A stretch of 61,483 nt of DNA, the filler included. It is 7 parts of 7 records of this genome, joined end to end, with 100 filler letters (N's around TTAATTAATTAA, not from the genome) between each part and the next. Parts side by side here need not be neighbours in the genome. Positions count along the whole stretch, not along the records: positions 5,962 to 11,263 come from SRR31156797_16898; positions 11,364 to 20,481 come from SRR31156797_16913; positions 20,582 to 25,687 come from SRR31156797_16922; 4 more parts are not named here. One strand, 5' to 3'. Positions 9,687 through 21,827 of the stretch are shown piece by piece. How positions within the stretch are numbered: position 1 is the first letter of the stretch; each line of letters starts with the position of its first letter. The notes beneath the pieces were generated by a model. That model did not search any database. It was not told the origin of the DNA and saw nothing but the letters and a program-made list of their open reading frames with translations. A program made the translations under genes and the position numbers.

Positions 9687-10070
9687 ATGGACCTCGTCGA
9701 TGAATTAGAACATAAATTCGGTCGGTCACTAACCGCAAAAGAGCTAGCCAAGCTTCTTCGCATCAATCCTCGCACTGTCAATCAATATGCGCACCTCTGG
9801 GGAGGTATCAAAGTAACCCCCACCCACTATCGGTTCTTTGAAAAACAGGTTGTAGAGGTCATACAAAATGCCAACAATCATAACCAAAAGGGGAAAGCGC
9901 CGTTATCTGGCAAAGGTGATGGTGAACAGAAACGTATATTCAAAACTTTTCCCAGACGCAGGGAATCTATCCAAAAGAGCGGCCATCGAATGGGAGGTCG
10001 AAACAAGAAAGTTATTGGAAAAAGAGTTGATGGCCACGAGCTGTTTATCAATCGCCGTGTGGATGAATGA
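9687..10070 (+). CDS. Excisionase-like HTH protein
   Basis: LTAKELAKLLRINPRTVNQYA...YRFFE winged-HTH pattern, AGAGGA SD, directly upstream of and overlapping the integrase. Confidence 0.7.
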   Translation: MDLVDELEHKFGRSLTAKELAKLLRINPRTVNQYAHLWGGIKVTPTHYRFFEKQVVEVIQNANNHNQKGKAPLSGKGDGEQKRIFKTFPRRRESIQKSGHRMGGRNKKVIGKRVDGHELFINRRVDE

Positions 10071-10965
10071 GTATCTGGATGAAGTCAAATGCCGTTATTC
10101 GAAAAAAACCTATGAAGAGAAACGAATGGTTTTCCGCCGATTCATAACCCACACTAAGTATCCCATGGAAAAACCGGTCGAAGAGATCAACCGGGAAATG
10201 ATCAGAACTTTTTTCAGGAAACTATCCAGTACCATCAGCGGCCATGCAGCCAATAAAGCCAGGAAGAATTTAGGGACCGCATGGCGTTGGGGGGAACGCA
10301 ACATGGAAAACTGGCCCAACACGCCAAATTTATTTTTATCCATAGAAAGGTTCAAGGAGGAGAAAGGTCAGCGTTACGTCCCACCGGAGGATGATTTTTG
10401 GAAAATTTTTGACCATGCCGAAGGCCAGGACCGGATTATGCTGCTATCCTTTTTTCATCTGGGTGCTAGACGAAACGAGCTATTCAAATTGAAATGGTCC
10501 GACGTCGATTTTGCCAGAAAACAGGTTTGCCTCCAAACCCGAAAGCGGCTTGGAGGCCTTGAAAGGGACTGGGTTCCCATGACTGAACAGCTTTGCCGTA
10601 CCCTGACGGAATGGTCTAAAGAACGCAAAACGATGCCGGGCGTGGACAAGGAGCACGTATTTATATGTCTGTCCAATACGGCCTTTTGTACCGATTATTT
10701 TGGAAAGCCATTTCAAAAAAGAGTTCATTTCATGAAAAAAATTTGTAAACGCGCTGGCGTAAAGCCGTTTGGCTTTCATGCGATTCGGCATTTGTTGGCA
10801 TCGAAGCTTTGGCAACAAAATGTATCCCTTGGCCATATCCAGCAGTTGCTTCGTCATAAGAGCCCTCGCGTGACCGAACGGTATCTTAAGTCCCTGGGAC
10901 TTGAAAATATTCGCCGATCATTGGAACTGACTTTCAATCCAGCAGAGAAGGAAGATCCGAAGTGA
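9868..10965 (+). CDS. Tyrosine recombinase/integrase
   Basis: LGARRNELFKLKWSDVDF (Arg), FHAIRHLLAS (HxxR), LLRHKSPRVTERYL (His, Tyr). Confidence 0.95.
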   Translation: MPTIITKRGKRRYLAKVMVNRNVYSKLFPDAGNLSKRAAIEWEVETRKLLEKELMATSCLSIAVWMNEYLDEVKCRYSKKTYEEKRMVFRRFITHTKYPMEKPVEEINREMIRTFFRKLSSTISGHAANKARKNLGTAWRWGERNMENWPNTPNLFLSIERFKEEKGQRYVPPEDDFWKIFDHAEGQDRIMLLSFFHLGARRNELFKLKWSDVDFARKQVCLQTRKRLGGLERDWVPMTEQLCRTLTEWSKERKTMPGVDKEHVFICLSNTAFCTDYFGKPFQKRVHFMKKICKRAGVKPFGFHAIRHLLASKLWQQNVSLGHIQQLLRHKSPRVTERYLKSLGLENIRRSLELTFNPAEKEDPK

Positions 10966-11131
10966 GCCCCCATTGAACCGCCGCACAGCAGGCAGATGGA
11001 CATCGGTTCCACAGATATCCGATGGAAAACCTGCTTACCGGACCAACCAACATACTTGTGTGCGGATGGATCTTCGATAGAAAATAAGTCCCGAATTTAG
11101 GGAGGACGCAAAAATGAGGTTCTGCCCAAAC

Positions 11132-11160
11132 AAAAACCCCCAAGAAAAATTTCTTGAGGG
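11132..11160 (-). terminator. Terminator-like hairpin downstream of tRNA-Glu
   Basis: Minus strand CCCTCAAGAAATTTTTCTTGGGGG followed by TTTTT. Confidence 0.55.
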
Positions 11161-11164
11161 CGCG

Positions 11165-11188
11165 TTAGTGTCCGGGATTAGTGTCCGG
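11165..11188. repeat. Tandem direct repeat TTAGTGTCCGG x2, probable integrase arm-type sites
   Basis: Exact 11-bp copies at 11165 and 11178, about 45 bp from the tRNA end and on the integrase side. Confidence 0.6.
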
Positions 11189-11233
11189 ACACGGGATACG
11201 GGGGTTGAAACTTCACAAACTGCTGAAATTATT

Positions 11234-11263
11234 TGGCGTCCCCAAGGGGATTCGAACCCCTGT
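11234..11263 (-). tRNA. tRNA-Glu 3' end (truncated by contig end; gene or att duplicate)
   Basis: Minus strand ACAGGGGTTCGAATCCCCTTGGGGACGCCA is nearly identical to the canonical tRNA-Glu 3' half. Anticodon not visible. Confidence 0.85.
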
Positions 11264-11363
11264 NNNNNNNNNNNNNNNNNNNNNNNNNNNNNNNNNNNNN
11301 NNNNNNNTTAATTAATTAANNNNNNNNNNNNNNNNNNNNNNNNNNNNNNNNNNNNNNNNNNNN
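11264..11363. other. Artificial contig spacer
   Basis: N-run/TTAATTAATTAA/N-run. Confidence 0.99.
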
Positions 11364-11390
11364 CGTCCTCTCAAATTTCATTTTGGCCAT
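11364..11390 (-). CDS. tuf: Elongation factor Tu, first 9 codons (truncated)
   Basis: ATGGCCAAAATGAAATTTGAGAGGACG = MAKMKFERT, the EF-Tu N-terminus (MAKxKFERT), with AGGAGG SD. A contig break here fits a duplicated tuf. Confidence 0.85.
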
Positions 11391-11467
11391 TTTGTATCCT
11401 CCTGCATGATCGTAAGTCAACGCTTGTACAGTACCAACTTCGCCAACTGCCACCAATTATTATTTAG

Positions 11468-11938
11468 TTACCAGCGATAATGGGCAAAGGCCTTGTTTGC
11501 CTCAGCCATCCGATGCGTATCCTCACGCTTTTTAATGGATGCCCCTCGTTCGCTTGCCGCGTCCATCAGTTCACCGGCCAGTTTTGCCGCCATGGTTTTT
11601 TCGCCTCTTCCCGTGGCAAAACCGATAATCCAACGCATACTGAGCGCCTGTCGTCTGGCCGGCCGTACCTCGGTCGGAACCTGATATGTGGATCCGCCTA
11701 CCCGCCTCGATTTCACCTCAACGGCGGGTCTTACATTTTCAAGGGCGCTTTGAAAAATGGACAAAGGATCTTTTTTGGTTTTCTCCTCTATGATCCCGAA
11801 AGCTTCATAAAGGATCGCCTGGGCCGTACTTTTCTTCCCTTTACTCATCAAGTTATTAATAAACTTGGCCGCAAGCACACTGTTATATTTGGGGTCCGGT
11901 TTAATCTCTCTTTTGACCCCGACTCTCTTTCTGGACAT
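11468..11938 (-). CDS. rpsG: 30S ribosomal protein S7
   Basis: [45 protein letters not shown]. Start placed at ATG 11938 (156 aa). Confidence 0.98.
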   Translation of the reverse strand: MSRKRVGVKREIKPDPKYNSVLAAKFINNLMSKGKKSTAQAILYEAFGIIEEKTKKDPLSIFQSALENVRPAVEVKSRRVGGSTYQVPTEVRPARRQALSMRWIIGFATGRGEKTMAAKLAGELMDAASERGASIKKREDTHRMAEANKAFAHYRW

Positions 11939-12053
11939 AAAAATCTCCAAAATACAGATAGGATGTTTTCTTACCACCAAAGGACACCGAAACCTCTCTG
12001 CTCAACGTATTTTTCGGCATCTCCTCACATCACATGTGGTGCTGTCACCGCAT

Positions 12054-12446
12054 TTAGGAACCGCTTGCCCTAAGACCTTTCGGTTTTTTAGCGCCGTATT
12101 TGGACCGACCCTGCCTGCGATCATCCACTCCCGTAGTGTCCATGGTCCCTCTCACCACATGGTATCTTACACCGGGTAAATCCTTGACTCGACCGCCTCT
12201 GATCAGGACCACCGAATGTTCCTGAAGGTTGTGTCCCATCCCTGGAATATACGATGTTACCTCAAGCCCATTCGTCAGTCTCACCCTCGCGACTTTTCTC
12301 AAAGCGGAGTTGGGCTTTTTAGGCGTTGAGGTGTAAACCCTTACACATACGCCTCTTTTTTGAGGAGCGCCCTGCAGAGCAGGCGTCGTGGCTTTTTTCT
12401 TTGATTTACGACGGCCCTTTCTAACAAGCTGGTTAATGGTCGGCAT
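12054..12446 (-). CDS. rpsL: 30S ribosomal protein S12
   Basis: [41 protein letters not shown]. Confidence 0.99.
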   Translation of the reverse strand: MPTINQLVRKGRRKSKKKATTPALQGAPQKRGVCVRVYTSTPKKPNSALRKVARVRLTNGLEVTSYIPGMGHNLQEHSVVLIRGGRVKDLPGVRYHVVRGTMDTTGVDDRRQGRSKYGAKKPKGLRASGS

Positions 12447-12517
12447 GAAATCTCCTTCTTTTTACATCAATGGCAAATGCTTAAACAAACCTATTTCCTG
12501 AAACCACAGAATTTTTT

Positions 12518-12546
12518 TTTATACTCGCTTCATCTTTCTTTGTCAA
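12518..12546 (-). promoter_or_regulatory. Sigma70 promoter of the str operon
   Basis: Minus strand TTGACA-17 nt-TATAAA, about 70 bp upstream of rpsL. Confidence 0.8.
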
Positions 12547-12573
12547 CATAATTCACAAGGTAAATCAAAAAAA

Positions 12574-15500
12574 CTACCCCGCAACACCAATCTCAATATT
12601 CCGATATGATTCAAGCCCGGTACCGGCCGGAATCAAGCGACCCATGATCACGTTCTCTTTCAGACCTTTAAGGCGATCCTCTTTCCCCGCGATACTCGCT
12701 TCGGACAGCACCTTGGTGGTTTCCTGAAATGATGCAGCCGAAATAAAACTCTCCGTATTGAGAGACGCCTTGGTAATCCCCAGGAGCAGGGACTCAGCGC
12801 TCGCAGGCAGTTTTCCCTCGGCAATCAACTTATTGTTCTCCTCCTGAAAACGCCATTTTTCAACACTCTCTCCCAGAAGGAAGCCTGATTCGCCCACATC
12901 GGTGACATTCACCTGCCTGACCATCTGGCGAACGATCACTTCGATATGCTTATCATTGATCCTGACACCCTGTAGACGGTATACCTCTTGAACCTCATTC
13001 ACGAGATATTTGGCAAGCTCCTTCAAACCCCGAATTTTTAATATGTCATGGGGATCCGCTGAACCATCCATGAGCGCCTCACCGGCCCGCACGTAATCAC
13101 CGTCCAGAACGCTGACATGCTTTCCTCTCGGCACGAAATAGGCCACGGCATCGCCCACGTCAGGGGTCACGATCATCTTTCTTTTGCCTTTGGTATTTTT
13201 GCCAAAGGAGACCACCCCGTCGATTTCAGTGATTATGGCTGTTTCTTTCGGTTTCCGAACTTCAAACAGCTCTGCCACACGGGGCAAACCACCCGTAATA
13301 TCTTTTGTTTTGGTGGTTTCCCTTGGGATCTTGGCCAAAACGGTTCCGGCGCCCACGTCATCGCCCTCATTAACCATAATAACAGCCCCCACCGGCAACT
13401 GATAACGCCCCTTGGCTTTGGCGCTCCCCGGAAGATTCGATGTTTTTCCAGAACTGTCTTTGATGGAAATGCGGGGCCGGACATCCGCCTCACGTGACTC
13501 CACAATAACACGACTGATTTTCCCTGTTACCGTGTCCCGCTTCTCCTTCATGGTACGATCTTCGATGACATCCCCGAACTTCACAACACCCGGGACTTCC
13601 GTTAAAATGGGGATGGTGAAAGGGTCCCACTCGGCCAACACCTGAGAGGGTTCCACCGTCTGTCCGTCGCGCACTTTCAGGGAGGCACCGTATATGATTG
13701 GGTAGCGCTCCACTTCCCTGCCGCCTTTCCCCAATATGGCCATTTCCCCATTACGATTCATGACCACAAGATCACCTTCCGCGGTTTCGACCGTCTTGAG
13801 GCCGATGAATTTCACCTCACCCGGATTCCGGGGTTGAATGGTGGATTGTTCGACCCGGCGGCTTGCCGTTCCTCCGATATGGAAAGTTCTCATGGTTAAC
13901 TGTGTCCCCGGCTCACCGATGGACTGCGCCGCAATGACACCCACCGCTTCTCCCAGATTCACTTCGTGCCCATGGGCCAGATCACGGCCATAACATTTTT
14001 TGCATACCCCCCGGCGGGCCTCACAGGTCAGAACCGACCTGATCCTGACTTTCTCGATACCGGCCTTTTCGATGAGTTCCACTTCTTCTTCATTGATGGC
14101 CCCGTTGGCGGGCACCAGCACATCCCCCGTTACGGGATCCTCAATATCATCACTGGCAACCCGTCCGAGGATTCTTTCCCCAACCCGTTGAAGGATTTCG
14201 CCACCTTCAACCAAAGACTCCACCCATATGCCGTCTATGGTACCACAATCGGTTTCCGTAATAATGGCTTCCTGGGAAACATCAACCAACCGTCGGGTCA
14301 GGTATCCGGAGTTGGCAGTCTTCAGCGCCGTATCCGCGAGACCTTTTCTGGCCCCATGTGTGGAGATAAAATATTGCAGGACGGTCAACCCTTCTCGAAA
14401 ATTTGAGGTAATGGGAGTTTCGATAATTTCACCCGAAGGCTTTGCCATCAACCCCCTCATGCCGGCCAACTGCCGCATCTGGTCTTTCGAGCCCCTGGCA
14501 CCGGAATCGGACATCATATAGACGGCATTAAAACTACTGACGTCGGTGGGCCCGGTTTCGGGGTTGTCAATCCGCTCCACGGCCATCTCTTTCATCATTT
14601 CAGAGGCCACATTTTCCGTGGATTGCGCCCAGATATCAACTACCTTATTATATTTCTCACCTGAAGTAATCAGACCATCCACATATTGGTCTTCGATCTT
14701 TTTGACTTCACTTTCCGCATCATTGATAATCGTTTCCTTACCAGATGGGATCACCATATCCTTCATGGCAATGGAAATACCGGATATGGTTGCATATTTA
14801 TAGCCAAGATCCTTGAGACGGTCCGCCAGAATGACCGTGGACTTGATCCCCACTTTTCGATGGCTTTCGTTAATAAGATGCCTCAAGGCTGTTTTTGTCA
14901 TGACTTTGTTGACCAGTTCAAAGGGGAGGGATTTATCCGGAATGATTTCATAAAGGATCACCCGGCCCGTGGTGGTTTCCCAGATTTTTCCATCCATCCT
15001 GACCTTGATTGCCGCGTGCAGATCCAGTTCGCCAGCATCATAGGCGACTCGAAGCTCCTCCGGGCTTGAAAAAATCTTACCCTCCCCTTTGGTCGGTTTC
15101 TCCCGGGTTGAAAGTTTTTCCCGGGTCATGTAGTAAATACCCAAGACAATATCCTGGCTCGGAACGATAATGGGATCTCCATTGGCGGGCGACAGGATAT
15201 TGTTGGTGGACATCATCAATACCCTGGCCTCAATCTGGGCTTCAATGGAAAGGGGAATGTGGACCGCCATCTGATCCCCATCAAAATCCGCATTAAAAGC
15301 GGTACATACCAGGGGATGCAGCTGAATCGCCTTTCCCTCAATCAAAATGGGCTCAAAAGCCTGCATACCCAACCGGTGAAGCGTGGGAGCCCGGTTTAAC
15401 AGGATACAGTATTCCTTCACCACTTCGTCCAGAGAATCCCAAACCTCGGGTGTTTCCCGCTCGACCATCTTCTTGGCGCTCTTGATGGTGGTCACATGCC

Positions 15501-16665
15501 CCTTTTCGTCCAGCTTGTTGTAGATAAAGGGCTTGAAGAGCTCAAGGGCCATTTTTTTTGGAAGTCCACATTGATGGAGACGTAAATCCGGCCCCACCAC
15601 AATCACCGAGCGCCCTGAATAATCCACCCGTTTCCCGAGAAGGTTCTGCCTGAACCGACCCTGTTTTCCCTTCAACATGTCGCTTAACGACTTGAAAGGC
15701 CGCTTGTTGGCACCGGTAACCACTTTTCCCCTTCTGCCGTTATCAAACAGAACATCGACCGCCTCTTGCAGCATCCGCTTTTCATTTCGGACGATGATAT
15801 CGGGTGCATTGAGTTCCAAGAGTCTTTTCAATCGGTTATTACGATTGATCACCCGTCGGTACAAATCGTTCAAATCGGAGGTGGCGAACCGCCCCCCGTC
15901 CAAGGGTACCAGGGGTCTCAAATCCGGTGGCAGCACTGGAACCACATTCAGAATGGTCATTTCCGGTTTGTTTTTTGAATCCCTGAAGGAGTTGATGACT
16001 TTCAAACGCTTGGTCAGCTTCTTTCTTTTCGCCTCCGACTTGGTACTGGCCATCTCAACCCTGAGGCTCTGGGACAACTCTTCAACATTCAAACCCTTCA
16101 ACATGGTCTGGATGGCTTCGGCGCCGATGCCGGCCTCAAACCGATTGCCGAAGTCTTCGCGGGCCTGCTGCAACTGTTCATCGGAGAGGACTTCACCCTT
16201 GGTCAAGGGTGTATCTTTCGGATCAACCACAATGTGTCCTTCAAAGTAAAGTACCCGTTCCAGCTCCTTCAACGTCATATCCAGAAGGTTGCCGACTTTT
16301 GAAGGAAGCGCCTTTAAGAACCAGATATGGGCTACCGGCGCAGCTAAGGTGATATGCCCCATTCTTTCCCTGCGGACTTTGCTTTGAATGACTTCAACAC
16401 CACATTTCTCACAGACAATGCCCCGGTGCTTCATGCGTTTGTATTTTCCGCAGTTACATTCAAAGTCCTTTATGGGCCCAAAAATCTTGGAACAGAAAAG
16501 ACCATCCCGCTCCGGCTTGAACGTCCTGTAATTAATGGTCTCCGGCTTTTTCACTTCGCCAAAGGACCATTCAAGTATTTTCTCTTTAGATGCCAGAGAT
16601 ATCCTGACGGAATTAAAACTGGACGGATCTTTCGGCTTTGTAAAAAAGTTATATAATTCTTCCAA
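12574..16665 (-). CDS. rpoC: RNA polymerase beta' subunit
   Basis: [28 protein letters not shown] catalytic motif, [15 protein letters not shown]. Confidence 0.99.
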   Translation of the reverse strand: MEELYNFFTKPKDPSSFNSVRISLASKEKILEWSFGEVKKPETINYRTFKPERDGLFCSKIFGPIKDFECNCGKYKRMKHRGIVCEKCGVEVIQSKVRRERMGHITLAAPVAHIWFLKALPSKVGNLLDMTLKELERVLYFEGHIVVDPKDTPLTKGEVLSDEQLQQAREDFGNRFEAGIGAEAIQTMLKGLNVEELSQSLRVEMASTKSEAKRKKLTKRLKVINSFRDSKNKPEMTILNVVPVLPPDLRPLVPLDGGRFATSDLNDLYRRVINRNNRLKRLLELNAPDIIVRNEKRMLQEAVDVLFDNGRRGKVVTGANKRPFKSLSDMLKGKQGRFRQNLLGKRVDYSGRSVIVVGPDLRLHQCGLPKKMALELFKPFIYNKLDEKGHVTTIKSAKKMVERETPEVWDSLDEVVKEYCILLNRAPTLHRLGMQAFEPILIEGKAIQLHPLVCTAFNADFDGDQMAVHIPLSIEAQIEARVLMMSTNNILSPANGDPIIVPSQDIVLGIYYMTREKLSTREKPTKGEGKIFSSPEELRVAYDAGELDLHAAIKVRMDGKIWETTTGRVILYEIIPDKSLPFELVNKVMTKTALRHLINESHRKVGIKSTVILADRLKDLGYKYATISGISIAMKDMVIPSGKETIINDAESEVKKIEDQYVDGLITSGEKYNKVVDIWAQSTENVASEMMKEMAVERIDNPETGPTDVSSFNAVYMMSDSGARGSKDQMRQLAGMRGLMAKPSGEIIETPITSNFREGLTVLQYFISTHGARKGLADTALKTANSGYLTRRLVDVSQEAIITETDCGTIDGIWVESLVEGGEILQRVGERILGRVASDDIEDPVTGDVLVPANGAINEEEVELIEKAGIEKVRIRSVLTCEARRGVCKKCYGRDLAHGHEVNLGEAVGVIAAQSIGEPGTQLTMRTFHIGGTASRRVEQSTIQPRNPGEVKFIGLKTVETAEGDLVVMNRNGEMAILGKGGREVERYPIIYGASLKVRDGQTVEPSQVLAEWDPFTIPILTEVPGVVKFGDVIEDRTMKEKRDTVTGKISRVIVESREADVRPRISIKDSSGKTSNLPGSAKAKGRYQLPVGAVIMVNEGDDVGAGTVLAKIPRETTKTKDITGGLPRVAELFEVRKPKETAIITEIDGVVSFGKNTKGKRKMIVTPDVGDAVAYFVPRGKHVSVLDGDYVRAGEALMDGSADPHDILKIRGLKELAKYLVNEVQEVYRLQGVRINDKHIEVIVRQMVRQVNVTDVGESGFLLGESVEKWRFQEENNKLIAEGKLPASAESLLLGITKASLNTESFISAASFQETTKVLSEASIAGKEDRLKGLKENVIMGRLIPAGTGLESYRNIEIGVAG

Positions 16666-16705
16666 TGCCTGATTCCCCTTTCTCCATATGGCGCCACAAA
16701 TCTAA

Positions 16706-19700
16706 TCAGCTGTCCTCAAAAAGTTCCATTTCAAGGCCTAAGCTTTGCAGTTCCTTCATCAGAACTTTAAACGACTCGGGCAGTCCGGGTTCAAGTGCAT
16801 TATTTCCTTTAACAATTCTTTCGTACATGCGGGTCCGCCCCGCCACATCATCCGATTTTACGGTTAGAAACTCCTGGAGCGTATAGGCCGCACCATAAGC
16901 TTCCATGGCCCACACTTCCATTTCACCCAACCGTTGTCCTCCGAATTGAGCCTTTCCACCCAGAGGTTGTTGCGTAACCAGAGAATAAGGTCCTATGGAA
17001 CGTGCATGGAGTTTATCATCCACCAGGTGATGCAATTTCAAGATGTACATAATGCCTACGGTGACATCCTGATCAAAGGGCTCCCCTGTACGCCCATCAT
17101 AAAGTGTCGCCTGACCGGTGGCCGATAATCCGGCCTCCTCCAGAAAAGATTTAATCTCCTCTTCCGAAGCACCGTCAAAAACCGGCGTCGCCAAGGGTAC
17201 GCCATCCAGCATTAAGGACGATTCCTTAATCAAATCCTCATCCGATAAATTGGCAAAAAACGACTGGTATTCATCTTTGGAGAACCATTTTTTGAATTTT
17301 TCCCTGAGCAATTCGGTACTGTTGATCTTCCCGAACAATTCCCGAACTTTCATACCCATGCCATGGGAAGCCCAGCCCAAATGGGTCTCAAGAACCTGGC
17401 CCACATTCATTCGTGAAGGTACTCCCAGGGGATTCAAAACGATGTCCACAGGGGTTCCATCCGCAAAATAGGGCATGTCCTCAATGGGCAGTATTCGAGA
17501 CAAAACACCTTTATTTCCATGGCGACCGGCCATTTTATCCCCGACTGACAGTTTCCGTTTTACCGCCACATAAACTTTAACCATTTTAACCACACCGGGC
17601 GCCAGTTCATCCCCCAGATCAAAATTTTCTATTTTGTTCTCGCAGATTGTGGTTAGACGCTCAACCTTGGCGGTGCACTTCAAGACGATGGCCTCGGCCC
17701 TTTCAAGTTCATCCATGGACGCCTTCACATCCGCCCATGCAAGCGCCTCAATGGGAATGGATTGGATGTCTTCCCGCGTCAGCTTTTCTGTGCTTTTCAG
17801 CAGAACGGCCCCGCTTTTTTTATCGCAGAGATCTGACTTAAGCATCTTACCTTCAAAAATTCCCAATAACTTTTCTCTGGCGCTTCGCTCAACAACTTCG
17901 ATCTCGTCTTGAAGATCTTTTCTCATACGACGGGTTTCCTCGGCTTCAATGGCTAAGGCCCGGGCATCTTTTTCGACGCCACCCCGAGAGAACACCTTGG
18001 CATCAATGACGGTACCCCGCACTCCGGGGGGGACCCGCATGGAACTGTCTTTAACGTCGCCGGCCTTATCACCGAAGATGGCCCTTAAGAGTTTCTCTTC
18101 AGGGGAGAGTTGGGTTTCGCCTTTCGGCGTAATTTTACCCACAAGGATGTCGCCCGGGTTAATCTCCGCACCGATCTTTACAATCCCACTCTCATCCAGG
18201 TTTCTTAATGCATCCTCACCAACATTGGGGATATCCCGTGTGATTTCTTCCTTTCCCAATTTGGTGTCCCGAGACAGGATTTCAAATTCGTCAATATGGA
18301 TGGATGTGTAAACATCTTCTTTTACAACCCGTTCGCTGATCAGGATAGAGTCTTCAAAATTATACCCCCCCCAACTCATGAAGGCCACCAACACGTTTCG
18401 ACCCAGGGCAAGCTCTCCCTGTTCCATGGCAGGCCCATCCGCAATAATCTGGCCTTTTTTGACGAATTCTCCTTTTCTCACAATGGGCTTCTGGGTATAG
18501 CAACTGTTCTGGTTGGACCGTCTGAACTTTGTGAGCTTACAGATTTCCACCTCGGAATCGTCATCTTCACCGGTATCGGTAAACCGAATAACGATTCGAG
18601 ATGCATCCACGTGTTCAATGACGCCGTCTCTCTTGGCAATCACCGAAATGCCGGAGTCTCTTGCCACCACCTTTTCCACCCCGGTTCCCACCAAGGGGGC
18701 CTTGGCCTTTAAAAGCGGTACCGCCTGACGCTGCATGTTGGAACCCATGAGCGCCCTGTTTGCATCATCATGCTCCAGAAAAGGGATCAACGAGGCGGAG
18801 ATACTCACCAACTGGTCCGGCGATACATCCATGTACCTGACATCTTCCACGGGCACCTTGAACGCTTCTCCCTCAATCCGTACGGCGGCCTCATTGCGGA
18901 TAAAACCGCCGGTGTCATCCAGAGGCGCATTTGCCTGGGCGATGGGGTAATCCTTTTCATCCAGGGCCGATAAATATTCCAGGCTTTCGGTGGCCCTGTT
19001 ATCCGAAACACGCCTGTAGGGCGTCTCGATAAAGCCGAATTCATTCACCTGTGCGTAAGTACTCAAAGAAACAATGAGCCCGATGTTGGGCCCTTCGGGG
19101 GTCTCAATGGGGCAAATTCTTCCATAGTGAGTGGGGTGCACATCGCGAACCTCAAATCCGGCTCTTTCCCGCGTCAACCCCCCAGGTCCCAAAGCGCTGA
19201 GCCTTCTTTTATGGGTCACCTCACTCAAGGGGTTGGTCTGATCCATAAACTGGGACAACTGGCTTGTGCCGAAAAATTCTTTCACCACCGCCGAAACAGG
19301 CTTGGAGTTGATGAGATCGTGGGGCATCAATGTCTCGACCTCTTGAAGGCTCATTCTCTCTTTAATGGCCCTTTCCATTCTCACAAGACCCACACGGTAT
19401 TGGTTTTCAAGGAGTTCGCCCACGGCGCGGACACGCCGATTTCCGAGATTATCAATATCGTCTACCACGGCCTCCGCACTTTTCAGTCGGATGAGTTCTT
19501 CAACGGTACCGAAAATGTCTTCCTTTCTGAGCGTTCGCTGTTCCAGGGAAACATTTTCCATACCCAAACGATAATTTAGTTTTAGCCTTCCCACACGTGA
19601 GAGGTCATAGGTATCCAGATTGAAGAAGAGATTATTAAAAAAAGTTTGGGCCACCTCGTGGGTCGGGGGGCTGCTCGGCCTCATTTTTCTATAAATATCA

Positions 19701-20481
19701 AGGATCGCCTCTTCCGGTGTGTTGATGCGATCGGCTATCAATGTCTCACGAATACTTCGACTGATACCGTGCCCATCCAAAACAAGGCATTCGATATGGG
19801 TTATCCCTCTTTCCAGTATGGACTCAATTTTATCCCTTGTCAGAGGGCTGTTGCTTTCCAGGAGTACTTCGCCGGTTTCAGGATCTATCAGATCATCACA
19901 AATCACACGACCTTCAATATCTTCCAGCTCAACCGGAATTCTGACCCGCTTTTGGTCTATACATTTGACATTGCTAATCCCTTTTTCCGCCAACAGAGCA
20001 CAGCCATCCGTTGTAAGCATGTTTCCGGCGGCCATGAGAATGTCGCCGGTCTCGGGATCCAAGATATCCTCAATCACCTGGAATTCAGTACCCTTCGCAA
20101 TTTCAGAGGGCACCGGTTTCACCATCGGCATTCTCGGATTTGCGGTTTCATTGCCCCCCAGGGTCCTGAGGAGACGCTTTGTAAACTTTACACCTTTTTT
20201 GGCGATGACTTCTTCATCCCCGTCAATGATGTCTTTCGTTACCCGATTCTGAGCCAGAATCCCAGGAGCTGCTTCCCGCCAGCCCCCTGTCTCACCGATT
20301 TCGATCATTTCAGTATCATAAAAGTGGTAAAGGAGGTCTTTAGCCGTATAACCGAGGGCTTTTAACAGTATGGTAACGGGGAATTTTCTTCTCCTGTCGA
20401 TTCGAACATATAAAAAGTCTTTGGGATCAAACTCAAAATCGAGCCAGGATCCCCTCAGTGGAATAATTCTGGCTGAATATA
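16706..20481 (-). CDS. rpoB: RNA polymerase beta subunit (5' truncated)
   Basis: Frame stays open beyond 20308 to the contig end ([18 protein letters not shown]...). Contains [50 protein letters not shown]. Confidence 0.99.
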
Positions 20482-20581
20482 NNNNNNNNNNNNNNNNNNN
20501 NNNNNNNNNNNNNNNNNNNNNNNNNTTAATTAATTAANNNNNNNNNNNNNNNNNNNNNNNNNNNNNNNNNNNNNNNNNNNN
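20482..20581. other. Artificial contig spacer
   Basis: N-run/TTAATTAATTAA/N-run. Confidence 0.99.
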
Positions 20582-20715
20582 CGCGAGGGGTGGAACAACC
20601 CCGCATTAATTACGCTTTAAATTTCACAATAAAGTGGATTAGTATAAAAATAAGAGACAGCTAACTTATTAGATACTTTAAGCAAAAGAAAATCTATTAA
20701 AATATTTCAACCCAC

Positions 20716-21051
20716 TCACACATCATAGCCGGCTTTTTTATAATTATCCATGGCCCGGTTTTTCAAGGAGGAATCACTGGTCTTTTCCGAGTGCTTGTCG
20801 GCCAGTTCCGCGGCATGACTCCACCGGCCGGCTCTTTCATGCCCGCCGATCGAATCCTCGACCTGCCTTTGCTCCTCGCTCATTTCCATAATCGCGGCCC
20901 GGCAACGCGAAATAATTTTTTTGACCCCGCCCCCGCATTCGGGGCAGGCCTTAAGCGGCGCATCGCTCATTCCCTGTATCTCTTCAAAAGGCGCTATGCA
21001 ATGGGCGCACGCTTTTGCGGAATCCTTGGCTTGGTATTCGTAAATCGGCAT
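20716..21051 (-). CDS. FmdB-family zinc-ribbon protein
   Basis: MPIYEYQ...CAHC...FEEIQGMSDAPLKACPECGG...KKIIS; AGGAGG SD. Confidence 0.85.
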   Translation of the reverse strand: MPIYEYQAKDSAKACAHCIAPFEEIQGMSDAPLKACPECGGGVKKIISRCRAAIMEMSEEQRQVEDSIGGHERAGRWSHAAELADKHSEKTSDSSLKNRAMDNYKKAGYDV

Positions 21052-21827
21052 GAAAGAAAACCCATCCTCCTTTACCTGTTATATCGGCCCGAGCGCCGAT
21101 CTTGCCTGCTGATTTTAAACTATCTCAAATACGCATGTAAAAGCAAATTTGGGGGGCGGGTGTCGATTCATCAAAGAAGTGAAAGGTTATAATGCAGCAC
21201 AGGAAATTAATACGTCCATTTTCATCCCTGCTTTATGCTTCTGATGTAGAAAATGGACAATGGTAATATTTCAGTATGGCTTGTATTCTTTCCGCACAAC
21301 TGCCAGAAGCCTATGTCTAATGATGCGCTCACAAAATGAGGGAAGGTCGTGATGACTCCTGCCGTTAACCCTGGAGACAGTCTAACTAACTGAAATTAAA
21401 GTAAGAAAAAAATAGCAGGCGCTGCTACAGCAATAGTCCATACTGGACAACCAAGCAGGATTCAGGTAATTTATTAAATAGATTGAAGGGAAAAAAATGA
21501 GATTTAACCTGTAGTCATATGTGCAGTACATTAATGCATGATGATATAAATGGATTTTGAGGCGGAACTGTTTGATTCGGGCTTCAATTTAAAGGCAAGG
21601 CTTGTTGAATAACTTAGTAATACCGTTCTGTAGAGAAAAAATACAGTTCTATCTTCTACAGGAGTGTGACACATTACATTGTCGTCATGAGTTATCCGCC
21701 CATTGTGCTTCCCTGATGCTTATCGTGTTCTTGGTCTGGTTGCTTTCCAAGCTTATGTAATTAACAACGTTGTTTGACAGGTTATAATCGTCTTCAACTG
21801 AGAAAAACATATTATATAGGAGTAGAT

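Larger units (their letters stand above)
8330..11263. mobile_element. Integrative element end (repressor-xis-int) at tRNA-Glu
   Basis: Integrase adjacent to a tRNA 3' end, divergent repressor/xis, arm-like repeats. The far boundary is uncertain. Confidence 0.75.

Noticed and set aside
12054-12080. S12 C-terminal extension GLRASGS
   Set aside because: Short tail variation in S12 is common and nothing suggests a function.
11480-20365. Many + strand ORFs across rpsG/rpoC/rpoB
   Set aside because: Antisense shadows of conserved housekeeping genes.
20308-20481. Apparently N-terminally short RpoB (1200 aa)
   Set aside because: The frame is open to the contig end with normal RpoB sequence, so the truncation is an assembly artefact.
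21052-21827. Roughly 770-bp AT-rich intergenic region as an sRNA, riboswitch or att site
   Set aside because: Only weak hairpins; I could not recognise any RNA family or repeat.
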